DNA of 64,000 nt. Source: Nemertoderma westbladi. Lineage: Eukaryota; Animalia; Xenacoelomorpha. This document shows, in pieces, positions 36,184-49,778 of the stretch (positions are counted from its first letter, which is position 1; each line of letters begins with the position of its first letter). Below the pieces are notes generated by a model, which was not told the origin of the DNA, searched no databases, and saw only the letters and a program-made list of their open reading frames with translations. Made by a program: the position numbers and the translations under genes. The stretch is from the NCBI GenBank assembly GCA_032718475.1, contig JAUCBJ010008257.1:7624-71623 (forward strand). The letters run 5' to 3'.

Positions 36184-36780
36184 AAAAGGACAATCCACAG
36201 CCTGAAAAAAGGACAATCCACAGCCCAAAAATAGGAAAAAAGGACAACCCACAGCGTGAAAAAGGACAATCCACAGCCCAAAAATAGGAAAAAAGGACAA
36301 TCCACAGCCTGAAAAAGGACAATCCACAGCCCAAAAATAGGAAAAAAGGACAATCCACAGCCTGAAAAAAGGACAATCCACCGCCCAAAAATAGGAAAAA
36401 AGGACAATCCACAGCCTGAAAAAGGACAATCCACAGCCCAAAAATAGGAAAAAAGGACAATCCACAGCCTGAAAAAGGACAATCCACAGCCCAAAAATAG
36501 GAAAAAAGGACAATCCACAGCCTGAAAAAGGACAATCCACAGCCCAAAAATAGGAAAAAAGGACAATCCACAGCCCAAAAATAGGAAAAAAGGACAATCC
36601 ACAGCCTGAAAAAGGACAATCCACAGCCCAAAAATAGGAAAAAAGGACAATCCACAGCCTGAAAAAAGGACAATCCACAGCCCAAAAATAGGAAAAAATG
36701 ACAATCCACAGCCCAAAAATAGGAAAAAATGACAAACCACAGCCCACAAAAAGGAAACGACACACTGCAGCCCAAAAGCG
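36184..36780. repeat. Minisatellite of alternating AAAGGACAATCCACAGCC(CAAAAATAGGA/TGA) units
   Basis: Direct inspection; accounts for the three repetitive minus-strand ORFs. Confidence 0.92.
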
Positions 36781-38671
36781 AAACATATTATTATTACATA
36801 TTTATATTTCCTGCTAATCTACACTCCAATTCGCATTTCAGTGTGCAATAATGGGCACGCCCAACGCCCATTGCCCACATACATCCCCCAAAGTACTTAT
36901 TCTAGTGTATATTTTCCATTTAATAAGTGCCGACATCGCCTGGTGTATGTAAAGTGGTGTATTCCCAAATCCCATACGGTGCGGTCTCAGCACTGAGTTC
37001 CATATCACAACTGCTGATCTCTGATTGGTTCTTAATTCATGTTGAAATTACACTAATTACATAAATTAACATTACATTAATAACATTAATTAATTAACAC
37101 ATTAATTCACATTGCTAGTGCCGAGACTGTATGGGGTTTGTAAATATGCCACCGGTAAACTGCATTTTAACACAGTCTGTCTGTGTACTAGAAAATGAAA
37201 ATTGAAAGGGGGACTGGATCTGCGGATAGAGTGCAGTTGCGGATTCCCCCCCCCCCCCCCCCCCCCCGCAGACTGTATCCGCGGGGGACAGATTCCACTG
37301 TTCTGTTATACTGGTACCCAATTGCACATACACTCTGGGCCTGTTACAATACAGTGAACACTCACTCTATGTACTATTTATACCACAGTACATACACATA
37401 CAGGTACCGGTATAAAGCAAAATTCCAGAAGAATTGTGTAGCGTAAGTAATTTTGTAAAAACCATCATTTTTAAGAAAAAATAAAATATAATGTCGATTT
37501 TACTCAAAAAAGTTAAAAAAGGACATTTAACTCCATAAATAAAGGAAAACAAAGGAAGATGAGAAAAAAAGAAAACTCTAGGGGGACTGAAATACACGTC
37601 CACGACCAAGATACTGGAGGCTGTTGATCATCCTGAACTCTACGTAGACGTGCTGCAGTACAATTTTTATCATCTACGATTATCTTTAGGCCTACTCCTA
37701 CCATTGTTTTGCTCGCATTGTTACGTTTTGCTCCACTAAATCCTGCTGGAGAGCCACGGACCTCGGAGCCTGAGCTGAGCTGAGGCACCGCGTGAAACCA
37801 CATTGTATTGGAGTGTTCTTCATTACATACTGTAGATTAAACTCCACCATGGCGCTGGATCTATGCGCTATCCAGTCTTGATTAGAACAAATTCGACGGG
37901 ATATTTAAATTATATTTGGTACTATTTTTAATGTGCATCAATTCCCCTTCTTATTACAACCGCATGTTCGGTTAATAAAGCATTATGATTATCTTTTTTT
38001 TTTTTTTATTTCGTAACAGGCTATTTATGTTCTTAATTGTATGAACTGAGAGAGAGTTCAATTTATGTTGTTTCTGAATTTCATGTTTTTTAAACAGTGT
38101 TCTGAATCTCTTCCCTGCAAACAATTTAACGTTCAAATGGCGTTGAAAAACGAAAAATTTATAACAAATAAACGCTAGAATCTGACGTTAGTAAAAGTAG
38201 ATCGAACGTTCGTTTGGCCGCTTTTGTGACGTTAAAATTACCCCCAAATCAACGTTGAATTTTACGTCAAATATATATATTCCAACGTTATCTTTAACCG
38301 TTGAATTTGCAGTATATTAATCGTTAAACCAACTTCAGTTAATCAACAAAACTGACGTTAGATATCCATATTCCAACGTTTATTTAATCAGGGATTTTCA
38401 GTTTTTCAGGCCACTAGGTAAATCTCACGTTACCTTACGTTGTACATTGCACATTATAATTATCTCATCAGCATTATTAATACAACATATAGGCCTATAA
38501 TATGTTATGTGAATTATAAATGAATGGAAACTTTATGTTTGAAACTGGAAACTTATTCATTTATTTATTTACATTATAAATGAAATTATTACAAAATAAT
38601 CAGATAGTTAGTTGACAGCACAGATACAGTCTATAGTTCGCATTGGCAAAAATAAGTCTTACTGAAACAAA

Positions 38672-41600
38672 TTACAAGTCCACATCCGCATCGTCACCAT
38701 CATCGTCCTCATTATCGCTAATTGTCGATCCCGCGTCGTCTTTGCTGCATCGTTCTTTCGGTTTTCCGCGAGCCACACTAAAAAAACAAAATAATTAATT
38801 AATCAACCAATTTACTGTAAACGAATTCCTGTATAATAATAATGTAATAACGTAAGTAAGTACTGTATGTATGTACTCAGCACCGCAAATTTATTAATTA
38901 CTTGCAATTTAATGCAATGGCGATAAACAGTTTCAGAGCGTAATATTGTAGCAGAATGGATGCCATAATGTAGGCCTACAGTACTAACCCAATCCCCCAT
39001 AATGTAGGCCTACAGTACTAACCCAATCCCCCATAATGTAGGCCTACAGTACTAACCCAATCCCCCATAATGTAGGCCTACAGTACTAACCATTCCCCCA
39101 TAATGTAGGCCTACAGTACTAACCCAATCCCCCATAATGTAGGCCTACAGTACTAACCCAATCCCCCATAATGTAGGCCTACAGTACTAACCAAATCCCC
39201 CATAATGTAGGCCTACAGTACTAACCAAATCCCCCATAATGTAGGCCTACAGTACTAACCCCATCCCCCATAATGTAGTCCTACAGTACTAACCCAATCC
39301 CCCATAATGTAGGCCTACAGTACTAACCCCATCCCCCATAATGTAGGCCTACAGTACTAACCCCATCCCCCATAATATAGGCCTACAGTACTAACCCAAT
39401 CCCCCATAATGTAGGCCTACAGTACTAACCCAATCCCCCATAATGTACGCCTACAGTACTAACCCAATCCCCCATAATGTAGGCCTACAGTACTAACCAA
39501 ATCCCCTATAATGTAGGCCTACAGTACTAACCCAATCCCCCATAATGTAGGCCTACAGTACTAACCAAATCCCCCATAATGTAGGCCTACAGTACTAACC
39601 AAATCCCCCATAATGTAGGCCTACAGTACTAACCCCATCCCCCATAATGTAGTCCTACAGTACTAACCCCATCCCCCATAATATAGGCCTACAGTACTAA
39701 CCAAATCCCCCATAATGTAGGCCTACAGTACTAACCAAATCCCCCATAATGTAGGCCTACAGTACTAACCCAATCCCCCATAATGTAGGCCTACAGTACT
39801 AACCCAATCCCCCATAATGTAGGCCTACAGTACTAACCCAATCCCCCATAATGTAGGCCTACAGTACTAACCAAATCCCCCATAATGTAGGCCTACAGTA
39901 CTAACCAAATCCCCCATAATGTAGGCCTACAGTACTAACCCAATCCCCCATAATGTAGGCCTACAGTACTAACCAAATCCCCCATAATGTAGGCCTACAG
40001 TACTAACCCAATCCTAACTCATCTCAACCCTATCCCAATTATTACTCCACGCTCACACTACTAACCCAACCCCTTTCTGAAACCTAAACCAGCGTGAACC
40101 CTAACCAAACCTAACCCACCCCTGACCCAACTCAACAACAGTATTCATTGAATTAATAAAACGATTTCATTTAATTACAGTAATACTTACTAATTATCCC
40201 CTCCAGGTCTATTGCTTGCCTGCCGAAAAAACGCCGATATAGCGCCATCCACCGCACCATCTTCAAAATCTTTGAGAAGAACAGCTCCTATATTACAAAA
40301 TAATCATATATTTATAACAGATATCAATATTATGATTAAATCATATTTATTAAATATGATTTATAACAAATATTTAAATCTTCCCTACACAGTATTAATT
40401 GGTACAATAGTATGATATTAATAGTAGGCCTATGCATATAGTTTATAGCAAAATAATGGTTAAACAACGGACGCAACCCCCCCCCCCCCCCCCCCATATC
40501 TAACGATTACAAGAAATAACATTACACCCGTGCATACAGTACCGATTAAAACCGACTTTACAGCAATTTAATTTCAAAGTAATTTCCATGATATTAATAA
40601 TTAATAATAATATTGCATTTAAAAATGATAGCGCTGGCCGATGGTATCCCTAGTTTACTTAATATTCTAGAATATTATAATATCAAATAAATTTTTGTTG
40701 TCTTCTTTACACTCGCTCACTTCGTTCGTTCTTGTAACAAACCACTTGGTTCCACACAATTTAAGCGCTACATATTTACAGACATGTATGTAAATATTTA
40801 TTACAGTATTTACTTTACAATTAGTCTAAACAATAAACCATTTACGCTGCAACTTACGTGAAACTCCAATTCTTGGGTTTGAAACTGGCCGGTCAGAAAT
40901 AGTCGCTGAGCGATCGAACATGGCTTGATGAGATTGACGGTCAATGATAATGGTTTGCGAGTGTGGGCGGTCGACACTGGGCTGTGGATGTGGACGGCCA
41001 ACTACCGTGGGATGTGAATGTGGACGGTCCAAAGTAGTGGACGATTGCGAAAAATCGAATGAGACCGGGACAGGTTGCGGGGCCAATGTGGATGGGGAGA
41101 AAGCGCGCCGAGAGCGTTCTTCATTGGAAAGTAGAGAGATGCTACGTGGTTCTAGTTGTCCAATATTCAGTATTGAATTTGATTCACACTGCAAGTATTC
41201 ATCACTTGGTAATTGCGAAAACTCAAGATCCTGTTGCACCACCGGCGGTGCAAGCGATGTTACATAAGGATACTCAGGAATTGCAGGGATGTTTCTGAAA
41301 CCAATAACAGTAAATTCGGATGCTCGTGTCATATATAAAGTTTACATGACTATTATTTTATTCCAAAATTGTAACATTACTTAACGCCGTTAGTATTTAT
41401 AGCGAGTAGTTATTTAGCACTTTACAACCTTAGAGGACATTACATCATTGTATTGGCCTGTTCATTTAGTATTGTATTTGGTGTTATTCTTTACGTGGTA
41501 ACCATGACGGCGTTAAGTAATGTCACCCTAGTGGACATTACTTAACGCCGTCATTGGTTACCACGTAAACAAGAGGTGGATAGCAGCCAGATAGGGCTAC

Positions 41601-42614
41601 TGCATTACCTACCGGTAGGCGGGGTATAGCTATTAATAACCAGTTGGGCCTAGCTATAATATTATAACATGGCTCCAAACGCCACCATAAATATAAGCTA
41701 ACTTATTTATAACATAATTTATGTAATTTTTACAATTATTTATACAGCAACTAATATAATTTGTGCAGTTTCTATCACTTATAATGTATATGTACAATCA
41801 TTTAGTAATGTTAAAATTTTGTAATAAAACTACATACATACTTCTTGCGAAGTACTTTACAGTGTTCTGATCCTCGTGGCTTTATTTTCACTCACTCACT
41901 AACGTTCGTCCGTGTAACAAAGCCACTCGGAGTCGGATCATCACACTGTAAAGTGCTACTTTACACAAAAGTATGTAAATAGTTATTACATAATAATTAT
42001 AATGTACTGTACTAATTATTGGTAATGAGAACAATAATAAGATATAAATTTTACCTGCTGCTGCTAGTGCACTGAATGTCCTGTCGAACTCCAGCTGTTT
42101 CTTCATCCATAGTATCACTCTGATTTCCAACCGCAACCCGTTTCTTTCCTCTGAATCGTGTTGCGATACCAATGGAATACCCATCTTGATCGCTAGCACT
42201 TGCAATGTCCGAACCCTCACAGACAACGCGCTCCTCTATTGCCTTAGCTGCCAATAGATCATCTGAAAAATATTATTAACATTGAAATTTAGTCTACAGT
42301 ACTGTAATAATTATTATTTGATTTAATAATTATTAGATTGTTAGATATTCATATACGATGATCCTATCTAATTATCAGTATACTACCGTTAAAATACCTT
42401 TGCATGAGTTTCGAATAAATGTGCAAGGCCAAGATCCCCATTGCCCAACTGCAGTGTCACCAGCAGGTAACGACTCCCTCAGCGCCTTGGATGCAAGTTT
42501 AGTGTTTATGGGATATGCTGATGTAAGTCCATCGGCCGACAACCATCCACTACATATTGTTGCAACTTCCTCAACGCCATCCGGGCCCGTGAAGATGACA
42601 ACACAATAAGCCAT
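38672..42614 (-). CDS. Transposon accessory (ORF2, DUF4806/BEN-like) gene; exons 42614-42398, 42262-42055, 41294-40858, 40287-40191, 38777-38672 (354 aa)
   Basis: All junctions are GT-AG with compatible phases (1,2,1,2); total 1065 nt in frame. N-terminus MAYCVVIF...EEVATICSGWL...YP and C-terminal AISAFFRQASNRPGG resemble animal EnSpm accessory proteins. Confidence 0.6.
38965..40013. repeat. 34-bp satellite, about 31 copies, in the last intron of the accessory gene
   Basis: ATAATGTAGGCCTACAGTACTAACCCAATCCCCC; each unit holds the palindromes TGTAGGCCTACA and AGTACT. Confidence 0.95.
41490..41569. repeat. Near-perfect 80-bp hairpin/palindrome
   Basis: TTTACGTGGTAACCATGACGGCGTTAAGTAATGTC-accctagtg-GACATTACTTAACGCCGTCA(T)TGGTTACCACGTAAA. 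Confidence 0.92.
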
Positions 42615-43390
42615 ATGTACAGAATATATACAGAATATCGTTTATAAACAGAATATCGAAATATTACAGTTAGTTCAGGTTTACCAATCAAATAGCAATT
42701 TAATTAATGTATTACAAAAATTTAAGGAAATAAAAAAAACAATAAAACTGTTAATGAAATAATACCCATCACAGTTCAGTACCTACTTGTATTGCATGCA
42801 TATATATATGTTCTTTAGGTAAGTAGATGCATTTACTAATAATGTGAATAATAATAAGTGTAAATACAGTAAACATTATACTGTAATATGCAACTTTACT
42901 CAAATCCTATAATATAATCCTATAATAATACTGACAAATATAGTGTAAGTAACCGTAACCAATCAGAAGCAATATATTATTATAACACCATAGGCAGGTA
43001 TTGTGTTGTTGGGCAGTGTGTCTACTGTAATATCCATCCACATGGGAATGTATCATGGCGTCTGTCTGGCGCATTGTAGAACTACAATATGAACGTTATT
43101 TCACTTAAAAATAACGTTGAAAATTAACGTTTATAATTAAACTCGGAATTAACGTTGCTATCGAACGTCATCACACATTGAGAGATCGATGAAAATTAAC
43201 GTTCGAATTTTACGCTGAATTAACGATTATGATTGGTTTATTTTAAACATGTAATTTTTCTAGCATAGTGGAACGTTAATCAAACGTTGAACAATATGTT
43301 ATTTATTCATGTGATTTTCCAACTTAATCCACACCTATATTAACGTAAATTTAACGTACCATGTTTGCAGGGTTATTTAATTAAAACGTT

Positions 43391-43854
43391 ATATCGTGAC
43401 CAAAGAGCCAGAACAACACTCACCAAAAAATGTGGTTTCGAGAAAAATGTAAAAAACCTTCTCATTTCCCTCTATATGGATCCCGTCTCCTGATTTTTTC
43501 GACAGAGGTCTGGGAAGATACAATGAAACATTTTATAATAGTGGCTAGCATTCAGAATAAATTTTGTTAATGAAAAAAACTGTTTTTTGTTATTTTCCAA
43601 AGAGGCAAAATAACACATACCGGTACTGAAATTTAACATTAACTCTAGTCTGTGTGTGTTGTTTTACCTCTAACGGTTTTCAACTTTTATGTTGTGAGGG
43701 TTGTTCTGGTTTTACATATCTCCTAAACGGACTGACATACAAGTCTAGGATTTTAACATAAGATGTAGAACGCCATCTTGAGTATTTTTGGTAAAAAAAC
43801 TTTTTTTTTTAAAATTGTGGTATGTGTTGTTCTGGCTCTATATGGTCACGATAT
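43391..43854. mobile_element. MITE with about 30-bp TIRs
   Basis: ATATCGTGACCAAAGAGCCAGAACAACAC / GTGTTGTTCTGGCTCTATATGGTCACGATAT. Confidence 0.75.
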
Positions 43855-44944
43855 TCCACTTTGCCTTCCCTATGGGGTTTATGTCCAAAAATGCGCGAAA
43901 TGATCACAAACACCAACCATGTTTTAACAAATTATTAATAATTGGATTAGATACACCCCCAAACGGGGTAAAATGGTAAACAATATAAAATATATACAGA
44001 GAGACACAAAAGGATATTATAAATTCAATTTGTAAAAATAATATTAAAAGCTAAAAAATTGCAGAGTTATATGCGTGGTAGAGACGCGATTGGGGGGCAT
44101 TGCGGACACTGTAGTGCGTGGTATCTTAAGATTGCGGAGGTGGAACATAGTTTACAGCGGGAGTTATCGGAGAATATGTGGAACGGGGTGGGGTTGCAGC
44201 ATAGTTTGTAATTACCCATGCGCCAGGAAATTTGTAACTAAGAAACCAACGGTTTTCCAGGTTGGGTTTTTGAAGGCGGGTCCTGTAGTGTATTGTTGGT
44301 TTTTGAAGTTAATATTTCTTATTTGTCTGTGAGCTCGGTATTGATTAAGAGTTTCCAGGTTGAAAGCGTGCAGATCAGATATTGTTCAAGTGTATCCTCT
44401 ATAAAGGTGTTTTGATTGACAAGTTTCAAGGCCATTCATTGTGGATGGTGCAGAGCTGTGGTGAAGAACTTATCAATTAAGTGATAAATTATTAATTGTG
44501 TTTAAATTAAAACATCAACGGAAAGCGGAAAGGATCATGTTACCGTGGCGGTGTTTTCTAACCAAAACACTAAACGTAATTTATTTTACTTGAGTTGAAA
44601 TTGTGCTGGAGATCACCTTTTTTCAGTTGCGGTCAATTTGCGTCACTACCTGTAAAGTATACACACCATGTCCTGGAATATAGTGTCGTTATTCTGGTAC
44701 CTGGACCCCCCCCCCCCCAAATTTTTCTACAAATCTTAATGAGATAGCATGAAATTTGAAACATAGATAGTTGAGTTTCACCTCCCTCATCTTTGCTGGG
44801 TGAGCTAGAATTTTTATTTTGCTTTCATTCTTTAGCTACAAGAGTTTGAAAAAGGTGTCTCCGTCGGTATTACGCCAGTTACACCGCAGTTATTCTTCAA
44901 CCTTAAGATATTGACAGAAAGCTGGCCATGCAAGTATTGTGGCT

Positions 44945-46308
44945 GGTTGCGAGAAAAGGGACCTGGGGAAAAAATGTTCATTCTGAGAAAAACGCGTTTA
45001 AAGTTTGGCTCTTAAAATCGACTGTTTTCATTGGTTTATTGGTCGTTATTGGGTTTTATTAGAGCGAAATTCAAACTGTATTATACTAGTAATAGTACTA
45101 AGCACCGTATACACTTGTTATTTTAGATTATCGTAGAATATCTGTAGCCTGTTCGGATAGTTATTGTACAAACAAGTTAATACACTAATAATTTAGAATT
45201 TATTATGGAAACTGAAGCAGAGTGGCTGTACCTATTAAATAATAGGGTTTTCAGGTCGCTGATCATGATAAAACTTGTTAAAAATATTTTTTGGAAAAGC
45301 AACCATCATTTTGTGTGCTATTTTGGTCCACCAGTATGAAAAGTACAAGTAAAAAAATGTCAACATAAAAAAATTTGTGTTTGGTTTGATAATTCTGAAC
45401 GTGTGTTTTCGAGGTCGCTGATTACGATGAAACTAGTTATAAATATTTCTGGTAATGCAAACCCAATTTTGGTGCTATTCTAATGCCCCAGAACGAAAAT
45501 TACAAGTAGCACAAACTTATAAACTGTCAAATTATGCCTATGATTTGGTAATTCTGAAGCTATACTGGTTTTCAAGGTAGCTGATCACGATATAACACAT
45601 TACAAATCATTCGTGGTAACGCAACTGATTTTGAACAAAATTTTGGTGCTTTTCTGTTGGGACGAAAATTACAAGTAGCAAACATTTCAAATTGCAAAAA
45701 GCGAATTTGGTTGGATAATACGATATTTTTGAGTGTCATATTCGTTATCAGTGTCCCAGAAAACCCATAATGTCTAAAATTCAGGTTGATTTGGTAATGA
45801 TTGTTGGTTATCAAACTTTTGCTACTTGTATTTTTCGTGCCGCACATTCACACATATCGAAAAAATTGTTTTAATTCGTGATCAGCATTCCAAAAAAACC
45901 ATATGTTCATAAAATCAATTTAATTTTGTGGTGATTTTTCATTATCATATTTGCACTACGATTTTTTTTCGTGCCTCAAAGGGCACATTCAAAATTACCA
46001 AAAATATTCTAGAATGTTATATTTGAGTTTAATATTTGTGATCAGTGTCCAAAAAAACCGCTATATATAGCGCAAAAAATTAATTTTAGTGAATTATAAA
46101 AACATTCGAAAATTTTAGCACGAAAAATACCTGAGATGGATGCCAGAATGGACCACATCAAAAAATTAACATTGGTTGCGAGAAAAGGGACTGCGTTTTT
46201 AATTTTTTGTTTAAACTCGCATAACTTTTTAACGAAAAACGATATGAAAAAACTAGTTCGATATTCGGAAAGCCCAGAAAATTCTGCATCTAATAGGCCT
46301 AAAAACGC
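44945..46308. mobile_element. Chapaev-like (CMC) element remnant, interrupted by the LTR at 46309
   Basis: Subterminal GGTTTTC(G)AGGTCGCTGAT repeats (about 45245, 45405, 45568) and inverted ATCAG...AAAACC copies (about 45748, 45880, 46040); GGTTGCGAGAAAAGGGAC repeated at 44945 and 46173. Confidence 0.4.
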
Positions 46309-47494
46309 TGTAAAAGCTTTTGCGTAATTAGCCGGTTATTTACCCTTAAAGTACTCTGTAGTTGGTTTGCCAGGCATAAAAAGGCCGTGTCCTTGCTGTA
46401 CTGGTGTTTTAGAGGACATAAAAGTCATTTCTTATGTATTTGTACTGTATTTGTACTTTAGAGGACATAATCCACAATCTCGTGACGCAATAGCTGGATA
46501 CTTTGAAACAGTGTCGCTACCATGACGACGGCTAGCAGCTGATATTGCCACGTCGACGTTTCTTTGTTTCTTTGTTCTCTCGTTGTTCAGGTTGACCAAT
46601 CAGAGCGTTTGTTGTCTCTGTGTTGGAGGTATATACAGAAACTCAGTAGTTCAGTGTTATGTTTTTGCCCAGAGCCTAAGAACCGGCTTTTGGCACCTCC
46701 GTGTTTCAGTTTTTAGTCTTACACTAGTAGGTTTAATTATAAGGGCATATATCCTTTAACTGACATACCGATCAAACTCATGGAATCACTGATCTGGGAA
46801 TACACTGACTGCTGACACACGGCTTTTAATAACTGCTGAAACTGCTAAAATTACCTGCTCAATCGATACTGTATACTGCTATTTGTTGTCGGTTATTCAT
46901 TATGTTGGTTGATGAATTATTATATTGGAATAACGAGAAATAACCCCCGAAAACCCAATATTCTTGATATACCGAAGGTAAGAGAGAAAGGTTACCAATA
47001 AAGATTGTGACTTATGTTAAAGTGGTTTGAAGTGAATCTAATGTTATTTGATAGACCCTACATGAGTCAGTCTGTGTTCCTTTTATATGTGACTAAAATC
47101 AGTGAAGATTGGCAGATTAGTGTGCAGTATTCTGCAGCATTGTGTATGAGTGAGTCTGTTAAAGAAGCAATTCCTAAAGAATGCGCCATATATGTGAATT
47201 ATAATTAAGCCATATCGTTGTGAGTAGTTTAAGTCATAACTCTGTTTATATAGATAAAGCGCCACGTCCTAAAGGAACTGTTAATATTCCCCGAAGGTGA
47301 ATAATATTGTCAGAGATTATATAATACTGTCAGTCGAATAATACATTAGGCTTACATAGCAATAAAATTAAACCGTCGAACCCAATCTCCCGGGAATATC
47401 CAGCGGGTGAATGATCGCGCACAGATTGGTTTCGACTAGTGTAGTGAATTAAATACTTGTCATAGACTAAAAGTGATTTATTATCTAGAAGACA
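46309..47494 (+). mobile_element. Putative ~1.2-kb LTR of a large LTR element (3' boundary uncertain)
   Basis: Starts TGTAAAAGCTTTTG like the copy at 708; shared block 46721-47069; AATAAA near 47361; ends ...AGAAGACA followed by TTCTAATT-TGGCG (possible PBS start, tRNA not identified). Confidence 0.55.
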
Positions 47495-49778
47495 TTCTAA
47501 TTTGGCGGGTTAAACTGCCAAAGGTCTGAAAGCGCGAACATTAAAGGATATTGCTTCTTTGTTGCAGTAAGCAATAAAGTTGAAAGTACCGGTCAACCGG
47601 TACATCTGTAGGTCAGTAGGCCCAACCGCTAGAACCGGTACATCTGTAGGTCAGTAGGCCCAACCGCTAGAACCGGTACTTCTGTAGGTCCGTAGGCCTA
47701 ACTGTCCTAACCGGTACTTTCCGTATAAGTACAGCAGTATTATTCGATTTGATTGTTGTATACCGGTAGGCTGTTTAAGAGATTAGGGACTGTACACCCC
47801 TTGTTTCTTTTGGAGCTTACTTATTTCTGTCAAGTTTTATTTATTTGTAGGCCAGTATTGAACAGAAGGCGTGTAAGCCTGATCAGATTGTACAGACGAT
47901 TTGTAGGCTGAGCTGTTGTCTGATTGCTGTTAAGTCCGAACGAATTGCAGTGTGTGTAGATCACCTGTCCGATTAAGTACGGTTAGGAAGTAGGGGCAGC
48001 GAACGCTGTAAGGTAAACCCCCAACTAAAGAATAAGTCGCACTACTGGGTTAGAGCGCATACTCCCTAATCATTTCGGAGTCTGCATGTCCTGTAGTTTA
48101 TTTAGGCTTGAGAGTAGTCTGCCATCGTTTGGTCTGTACTTTGTTTGTGTAGTCTGTACAGGTAGCGTATAATATCATTTAGATAATTTGTGGGCTGGAT
48201 AGTTGTCTGTCTGTTATTAGGTCTGAACGGATTGCAGTGTGTGTAGAGCCCTTGTCCGATAAAGAACGGTTGGGAAGTTGGGGTAGCCATTGCTGTAAAG
48301 TAAACCCCCAATTAAAGAATAAGTCGTACTACTGGGTTAGAACGCATACTACCTAACTATTTCGGAGTCTGCATGTCCTGTAGTTTATTTAGGCTTGATA
48401 GTAGTCTGTCAGTATTTAGTCTGCATTTTTGTTTGAGTGGTTTGTACGCGTAGCGTAATATGTATTATTCAGAGTTTATGCGATTATTCGCAACATTCAA
48501 GTCCCCAAGTTTGTTCCTACAGTAATTGTGTTTGTTATACATACCGCTATAGTTAAATTAACCCCGGTACTACACGGGCTGCTCGGCGTAGGTAAAGACT
48601 GGTGATTTTGTGCATCGGTCACTCCAGCAGATGCCGTGGTTCTTTTAGCTGTTCAAGTATATTTAACTACTGATTATCTGTTATACAAGTACTCGTACCT
48701 AATTTAGGGTTTAGTGTACAGTACTTTCCGAAGTAATTAGTGTAGACATTATATCTGTGTTGTAAAGTGGTTGATAGGCACATTCGATTAGCTCTATTAA
48801 CTTCTAGGTAGGAACACTCCGTGATACATAACGTAGAACCTATAGCGATACGGCTATAGGTCGTCAGGCGGTGGTATTTTCCTATCTGGACAACGCAGTG
48901 TATTTACTACTACTTATTATTTCAAATACCGCAGTACCCTGTCCGTTGTAATAACCAGATTTCTAACCCTTTGTTAGGCTGGTTTGTAGACTTCTTGTAA
49001 AATTACCCTAAAATTTCGTATTTTGTGTTTTTGTAAATTTTTGTGTTTATTTAGAGATTGTAATCTCACCCGAATTGTACGTAATTTGTAGTATTAAGTA
49101 ACTTAGGTAAATTAGCATTATTTGTTTTAGTGTCCTATAAGTAACACTTCACTGAAAGCGCACCGCTTTGTGTAGTGATTACTCCCCAGAAATAATAACA
49201 TTTATTTCAAACATAGACAAAACCCATTAAAACGGGTATATATATATTATAAATCAAATCTAACGATTTATAAATAGTAGGCCTGCCATACAACAATTAG
49301 GTCTCAATATCAGTTGGACTACTGCTTAAATAACGGCAATAAAGTAAGTTGAGGTAACCAAGTAACCCTTAAAATTCAGAAATTCAGTTATTTAAAATAA
49401 TTGATATACCGGTATTTACAATAGGCCTATTATCTTTATTTCTATAAATTTAGGCTGAAATTATACCGGTACTTGTAATTAATTCTAGTCCAGAATTATA
49501 TATACTACAAACTGTAAGCTGTATACCGGTATTCCCGATAGGCCTATTATATATTTATATATATTTGTGCTAAAATTATACCGGTATTCTGTGATAAACC
49601 TAGTCTGTAATAATAGTTATATATACTATAAGCATACCGGTATTCTAATATATTATATATATCACGCTACACTAAGTAGCAGTACCGGTAATTAATTACT
49701 AGGCTATCAGTTAATACTGAGTTACTAGACTTGCTCAGACTGTAATACAGCAGTAGACATTCAACTGTACACATAAGC

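Larger units (their letters stand above)
38113..43372. mobile_element. EnSpm/CACTA-like (CMC) DNA transposon lacking a transposase
   Basis: TIRs CCCTGCAAACA / TGTTTGCAGGG, 2-bp TT flanks, dense AACGTT subterminal repeats at both ends (38120-38450; 43090-43360). Confidence 0.8.

Noticed and set aside
36091-36786. Three hydrophobic Cys/Trp/Phe-rich ORFs
   Set aside because: Translations of an A-rich minisatellite in all three minus frames.
47503-47520. Assigning a specific tRNA to the TGGCGGGTTAAAC putative PBS
   Set aside because: Does not match any tRNA 3' end I can recognise; left unassigned.
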